Source: Histomonas meleagridis 2922-C6/04-290x
Taxonomy: Eukaryota > Protista > Parabasalia
NCBI GenBank assembly: GCA_020184695.1
Contig: JAANOX010000221.1
Coordinates: 29,494 to 93,493 of the forward strand
DNA: 64,000 nucleotides
Direction of reading: 5' to 3'
The first letter of the stretch is position 1, and each line of letters starts with the position of its first letter. A program made the translations under genes and the position numbers. Below, piece by piece: positions 57,001-64,000 of this stretch. Below the pieces are notes generated by a model. It did no database searches and was not told the DNA's origin. It saw only the letters and a list, made by a program, of their open reading frames with translations.

Positions 57001-60000
57001 ATAATTCAAAATATTAACAACAAATCTTATCGAGATTTATTATTGTATTTTAACAGTCGATGTCCCACGATTACCTGAGTTAAGACATGATAATTCGATC
57101 TCAGCGATTCGAGCGCTAAACCGATCAGTATTTCATTATGAATATTTCCACGTTACAAAAACGAAAAGATAATAACGAAAAACAAAAAAACATAATGCAA
57201 AATACTGAGGAAATCTTCGGCAATTCGAAACTGAATATATGAGTGTCGTTCATGGAAGAGTTGACGAAAAAATGCGCGATGCGTTTAACAGTGTCAAGTC
57301 ATGTTGCGAGCCTTCAGTATATGGTGCTCGGAAGTGAGTTCACGCCATTTCTGTGTTATTATTTTCCTTCTATTCAAACTCGTACGAAATAATCATGTGT
57401 TTACAGTGTTACCTTGCGCAATTTCGGTGAAAATATTTTCTTGTGTCTCGTATCTTTCTATCAAAAAATGCTCGGGTTCAGATTATGAGACTCTCTTCTT
57501 CTTTTGTAAACATTCTACATGTTAAATAAATTTGTATTTTATTATATTTTGTTTCTTGAAATGAATCATATGGGCTCAGAGCCAAAATAATGGTAAATAT
57601 TTGACCATAATTGAAAGCTTAAATTAAAATATTGATCTTTCAGAAAGAAAGCTGTGAAAAAGTAATAATGGTATTGTCAAATGAGCTGTTGATGACATAT
57701 GTTCTGAAATATGTCTCCAATCAAAATGATTATTATATTCTTTTTATTAATGCACTCAGGAAATAAATTTTGAGGTCTGATGAATAATTCTTTGCTAAGG
57801 TTTCAACGACGCCTATTAATATCCTCAAAATATTATTCACAAACTATTAACTTTTTGACTTTTATTTAATCCTATCGAATATAAAGATTTTTCAAAAAAA
57901 TATTGAAAAGTTCAAATCTTTAAACCATTGTACGTTACATTATAATCATTATGAAAAGTGAGTAAGCATGTGATATATGAAAATATTAATTTTTAAATTA
58001 ATTTAAAAATTATCAAAATTCATTCAGGATAGAGAGGAAGCAGCATCTGAATACAACCTCTCATATAACGTGCCTCTATCTAGGCCAGCTAAGATGAGTT
58101 CTGCCGTCGATAGCTGTCAAGACATTGATCTACTAACTTCTATTTGTCTTTCTCATAAACAGAACTGCCCATACCGTCACCAAAAGACCTGTCAAACTGC
58201 ACAACTCCAAGTATAAAATACACATTTATCCTGAATCTCTTTGATAGTTCTCTTTATCTAAGAAGTGCCGAAATCCGTGAAAAACTTCATTCTACAAGCC
58301 AAACGTTATGATGGGTCCGGCATATGAACGGTGAAGTATCAAAAATCATTCGTGCGGCTGTGAACTAGTGGTGGAAAAGAAATCAGTGTACTCGCAATCC
58401 GGCTTATCCCAAACACTGTGCATCATCTTATTAAATATATATTTATCAATAAAGGCACATATATCTAAACTTTTATAAATCAACCAGAACACATTAATAT
58501 CTGATTCAAAACAAAAATTATGAGTTAATCATTTGATTAAATCTTTTTAAATTAAAAGAAAATCAAATTTCTCCAAATAATCATTAGTACTTTTGTATGG
58601 TTACTTACTAGTCTGTCATGCTTTTTGTTTCAAACTGTGCATTTCTTATTAAATATTTTTATATTGTTTCGATAAGATTCGCATAAAAATCAGCCTGAAC
58701 AAAATATGAAAAGAAATTTATAAAAAATAAATAATATGAAGAATAATATAACATTTTGTGCAAAACCCAATGTTCATTTCATGTTCAATATATTTCAATG
58801 ATATCATCAATAATTTCATATTAATAACCTTTAAGCGTTTTCTTATCTCTTTTATTTTCAGTGTATTTCTTTGAAGGATTTACTGCTGTTTATTTTGAGT
58901 TCGTGTAACACAGTGCTGACGTGATTTTTACGAAGATGTTACAAATCTTGTCGACAAGCTTTAAGCTGGCTATATTTTTGCATTGTCAGCAATAATCCAC
59001 AGGGTTACTGTATTTCTGCGAAGGTTGCTGGCGGTGTGTTCTTTCTTCTGTGCTGTTTTCAAGAGAGACTGACGATTAAATTCTTGTGACTGAAGATGTG
59101 AGGGTACTGCGAACTAATTCTTCAGTTGTCTGCATTACATGAGTTCAAGTTTCTTTTTGTTCTGAAATCCTGTTGTGATAACTTGCTGTTTACTTTTTGA
59201 CTGCGTCTTCATTTATCCAAATCACGGAGAATTAGTTAAACTTTAACCTGTTTCAGTTGATAGAAAGTTTAAATCTCATCTTTTGTTGCATTCTAGTCGA
59301 AAGAGCAGCATGATACTATCATCTTCTTTTTGTGTATTCAAATGCGAGATTGAGTGTTGCATTTCTAAGCGCATTATAATGTCTTTTGTTTTTTGATATA
59401 TTGGTTTCAATCATTGCGAAATCATTGGAGACACCGGTGTTATATTGTTGCAATGTTATTTTTGGTTCTTTTTGCGAGACCTATACTGGTAATACTGTGT
59501 CTTGATATCATCATTATAACATGCTGAATGCTGAGTTGATGGCAAACTGATGTTCCTGCCTGTCAAATTGAAGATCAAAACTGCAAAGCCAAACAAATAA
59601 GCAAAAAAAGTAAAACAAATAATACAAATCATATAACAAACCACAACCGCAATCTGCATGCGTTTAGAGGCGAACCGTCGCCAGCTGATACTATATCTTC
59701 TAGACAAAAAAGACAAGGCATTTCAGGCGGCAATGTGTGCCAATAAGTGTGTTAACGAGATGATGAGACCAGCGAAAGCGTGTACTGAGTGGTGGTTGTG
59801 CGAGAAATTGGATGACAGAAATTTGTGCGGGCAGGCCTCTCATTTTTGTCTAAATAAACTAATCGTCCTCAATGGTAAAGCGATAACTCGATGTCTCTGA
59901 ATGTGGCATCAGATCTTGTAACGTCACAGCTGCACATTGTGTCACTTTGTCAAGGTACCAACCCTGTTGTTGATTGATTTGGAAAGCTCGCTGCAAACTG

Positions 60001-63000
60001 CTTATACACTTCTTACATTTTCCTCCTTGGTGACACTGAAACGCGGCGTCTGGTGACTTGTTTTATTAGCATGGTTGCTGCCGCGCCATTGGCGGCAACA
60101 GTGTCAGCAGCTCCTGGCGGCGGTGGCACCTGGTGTGTGAATAGCTGACCAAATGGTGGTACGCAACCATCTTTTCATTAGCTTTGCCCTTCCCCTGCGA
60201 AGCAGTTCGTGCTGATGTTGTCAGACATTCTCTTTTTCTTGTTTAAAAATCAGCTTTATCACGAGGCTGGCCTCCTTTCAAAGAAATGTTCAGCAAATTC
60301 GACAAGTGTGGCAGAAATGAGCAAACCAAGGTTCGTTCAATGTGATGCTTCATTTATCTGAACGCTTTATAGAGAAGATACTTTGTAACAATATTTTAAA
60401 TCTTTTTTATTAATCAAATGTTAATATGTACATTTGTGGGGGTGCCACACCATGAATATGCATTCTGTTGGCAAAAGCGTGTTGTATCAAGTGGGTTTCT
60501 TGCTGAAGTAAACATTTTACCGTTTGCGTTGGCTGCTACCAAGCTATTTGAAAACAAGCAGAATGTGGCACAATTATCCGCTCGTTCTGTAGACAGAGAT
60601 TCTGAAGGCCACGGTCTTCAAAAACATAAGGTGATAGGCACAGAGAGAACCTTGGTTTGTTCAAGCAGAGTTCAAGAAAGTGAATGGTGAATTTCTTCAT
60701 TATTGGAGAAAGTGCACTGCATTACTATTCATATAAAGGAAACATCTTTATTGTTTGAAATAAATCATTGTAGACCAATTGCCAAATATACTTTTTATTT
60801 GTTATATCAAATATGAGAGGAAGCAAATTACTGTTTTGTATTTGCAAATTTCTGCAAATAAAGGTCTTCATCTCTAAGTCTCATTTGTTAATTTTAAGTT
60901 TATAGTGGCGTATACATTTATCTTCAAAATTTGAAAATTTATTACACAACGGATGGCTTTCATGTTTCATTGGACCTCATATATAGATATTTAGTAAAAT
61001 GCTCACTGCTATAAAGACAAGGCACAGCCAAGGCATCTTTCGCCACGACTGTGGTTTTATTTTCAGTTTCTTGTTTTTATAGTTTAGTGTTGTGTCATCT
61101 AACAAATAGTGACTATTATATTTTCGTGGTCTTACATGTTATTTCGGTTGAGATTATTATGAAAGAACACAGTAATATTGATTAATTTTGTGAAAATATT
61201 GATTATTTTGTGAAAAAATTATTGATGTGTGAAAAATTTATAATGTGATTATTTCATAATTAACGGTCAATGAAAATTGTCAAAACTCATTAGTCATCGC
61301 AATATATAATTATTAGTGATATTATTAATACTTAACAAATATATAATTCTATACTCGTTGCCACTTCATCAATTATTTTTCAGCCTGTTACGCTGTGTCA
61401 ATATATCATTATTCACATGCATTCAAATTTTGTCATTTCATTGTACAACATTTATCGTATATCGTATATATGTTTAATAATTGAAAGTGTTATCTTAATT
61501 ATTTGTCAGCTATCTGTCAAATAACTATCTAACTCAGTCAGATGTCAACACTTATAATTAATGATCCATTTAAAGACCGCTACATTTACTTTTGCTTGTA
61601 ACGATGGCGAGCCTCATTGATCATTATAAATATCACATTTATTCCATTATATTATATCATTCATTAATGATATCGTAAATAAATGTTTGCATCTTTATCT
61701 GTTTCCATTCATTTATATTTTAATCATTTCATTGATACGATATCCTTTCAAATAAGATACATCACATTTCCATTTCATTATATTAACTCGTATTTCGAAG
61801 TCGTTACGATATCGCTAGTAAAATGATTCGCATTCCATTTATATTATATCATTTCATTCATTACGATCTCTTCAAACAAATCGACACATCACATTTTCCA
61901 GCATTCTGTTATATATCATTTCATTCAAATGCAAATCGTATCTTCAAGTAAAATGTTTTGCGTACCATTTCCATTTCGTCATTTATCTTCTTAAACCATT
62001 TCATCTTTTCTATAACAAACAATTCCGTATTCTCTGATTATTTTCACGCACTTTGGCGGTTCCAGTATTCCAATCTATGACTCTTTGTGTATTCCCTCCT
62101 AAATGTATGCGACTTCTGCTATTTCTCAATTCTTCATTCATTCTCATCAGTATCCAACACTGGTAAATAAATTTAAGTCGCTCAGTTCTGACATTTCATT
62201 CTCACTGATGTCTGAAATTCAATGCAGAGTCTTTATTTTGGTGTTGTATCAAACTAATGTCTGATCTTGCTAAGTTTTGTCAAAGTATTTTGATGGGCGG
62301 TGGGCTGAAAATAAACAAACGATCGCGTTCGTGGCTGTCCCGGCCTCAGTTCGCATTACATTCTATTAGGTCATGTCACTCATCGATACCATGTTCATTT
62401 CATTGTCTCTTATCATTCTTTCGTGTCAAGTCTTGGCTATCGATGGTCTCATAATCTAATTCATAATCTAGTACGATGATAATACACGATCTGTACGCAT
62501 CACCCTTCAGTAGAATCTTGATATGGTTCTTAATTTGTTCATAGTTTGTTTGTATTAAATGGATAACTGATTCTCTAGGTATTCATATATTATATTTACT
62601 ATCATATGATTCTCTTTTTAATTAAATCAGTGCCAAACGATATACAATATAAATGTAAATCATCTTCTAAATATAAGTACTGTGACACAGTGATAACTTT
62701 ACAATAATGAAATCCCAGCTGGCAGCAGGTGGCAGGCCGGCTATCGTGTCTAATTTGTGACATCCCATAATCTATTTTCAGTATTAATTATTCTTTATAA
62801 TTAAATTTGCAAACTCAGGATATTCAGATGTAGTCAGTGCAATGGTGATTAATAAATGTAAGTAATCTTTCTGTGAATGATATTACTACTTAAACATTGT
62901 AAAAAACTATCGTTCAAAATTCCTTCTTGTAATATATGATTGAATATCTTCAATGTGTACGTTAACATCGAGTAGTGACGACACCTTCTATGAATGTGCA

Positions 63001-64000
63001 AGATCAAACAAACCTTATACTAACTATCGTACATTCTTTCGTGTCGTTGTCAAGAGATGATCGTGAGATTAAATATGTTGCCAACTGGGGTATCCATCTG
63101 GATATTTAAATATGTAACCTCGTGATACAATGGTATTATTCCTGCACTTAAGGTGTGGTAACTGCGGTGTGGGTATCATTTTGTTTCATGCACTGTTTTA
63201 AAATCAAAAACGTGAATTACATGTAGCGCCTGCATGATAGTATGGCGCGCATTTTCATGATGTGTGTTAATGGACAATGACTCAATAACTTTGGGATAAG
63301 TTTGTAATAATTAACGATTTCTCAACAACATTATTCTATGTTGTCAGTATTATTCTTTATTAAATTCTTGTAATCATAATTTACGGATATGATAACAACA
63401 ACTTTATTGATTTGTTTCGTGACTAAATATTAATGTTCAGTTGCTGACGATAATATGTTTAGAATAAGATGTTCATATTTATATCTTTAATTACTACGTG
63501 GCTGATAAATAAGCAGGCCCATTCGATTGTTTTCGATAAACCATTCGGATGAATGACTGAAGTATTGTGGTCATTTCGCTGCAACAAGCCGTAGTCCATT
63601 CGACTGACGAAAATAATCGCGCAATAATCGTGGAGCGGTTTCATCAAGTAATTAATGCCTCGTTTCAGTCATCGCTATGTGCGTCGATTTGAATATCGCG
63701 TGTGGCGATGTCAGCATGGAGATGACTTTTTCTGCGGCGAGATCGCAATACGTACGATGAAGCGACCTCAACATGCGTAACCGTCTTTCCGGGCGTGGAA
63801 AAGAGCGTGATGCTGGCGTAGAGGCGCAGCAAATGAACACTGCTAAGATGACGCTTAGCTGTAGTCAAAGTTTGCTCTATTTAACCTTGCGATTTAGCAC
63901 CTCCAAGAAAATAGTATAATTAGCGTGAACGGCACTGCTTTTCTTTGCTGTTGTTTGTCTTTTCAAATGAGGATTTTATACGTCTCTGGGATGATTGTTT
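51060..64000 (-). repeat. Right arm: heavily corrupted inverted copy of about 36.57-51.02 kb, running off the window edge
   Basis: Contains recognisable but unreadable copies of HELQ (about 62033-64000), the 68-bp array (about 61620-61980), DNAL4 (about 60545-60770), Pin1 (about 59590-59820) and the Rab gene (about 55100-55560). It is deletion-rich and has no credible ORFs. Confidence 0.93.

Noticed and set aside
51060-64000. All short ORFs called in the right arm (e.g. 52320-52628, 59456-59716, 60418-60690, 63652-63868)
   Set aside because: Chance ORFs in a corrupted reverse-complement copy of 36.6-51 kb; no independent coding signal.
43000-64000. Idea of a novel non-coding/heterochromatic domain, RIP-like hypermutation or alternative genetic code explaining the ORF desert
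   Set aside because: Changes are indel-dominated with no C-to-T or dinucleotide bias evident. Clean genes in the window use TAA, TAG and TGA as normal stops. The mirror relationship explains the region.

Overview
AT-rich eukaryotic nuclear DNA from a parabasalid (trichomonad/tritrichomonad). Evidence: Trichomonas-type histone H3 tail, an IBP39-type initiator-binding-domain protein, Inr/M3/M5-like core promoter motifs and intron-poor genes. The window has three zones. (1) 1-7.8 kb is an accessory, repeat-rich patchwork. It holds degenerate repeat modules, a near-perfect 207-bp inverted repeat enclosing a RuvC/A22-like resolvase fragment, fragments of AP-sigma, ankyrin and Stealth genes, and singly frameshifted H3 and E2F-like genes. 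(2) 8-42.4 kb is a clean, gene-dense block: RhoGEF-Kelch, Myb, RfbH/DegT-like, DENN, capping protein alpha, a 4-repeat beta-thymosin-like protein, ARM, a multi-pass membrane protein, a coiled-coil protein, tRNA-Phe, XRN, bystin, an IBD protein, thioredoxin, HELQ-like helicase, a 68-bp tandem array, DNAL4-like light chain and Pin1. (3) From about 42.6 kb ORFs decay into indel noise. About 51.06-64 kb is a heavily corrupted reverse-complement copy of about 36.57-51.02 kb, folded back at about 51,040. This giant palindrome is most likely an unpolished long-read fold-back artefact, so the ORF-poor right third is not independent sequence. I did not find a clearly complete novel system. The best biological leads are the IR-enclosed resolvase fragment, the spacer-interrupted ankyrin repeats and the multi-repeat thymosin-like protein. 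All alignments were done by eye.
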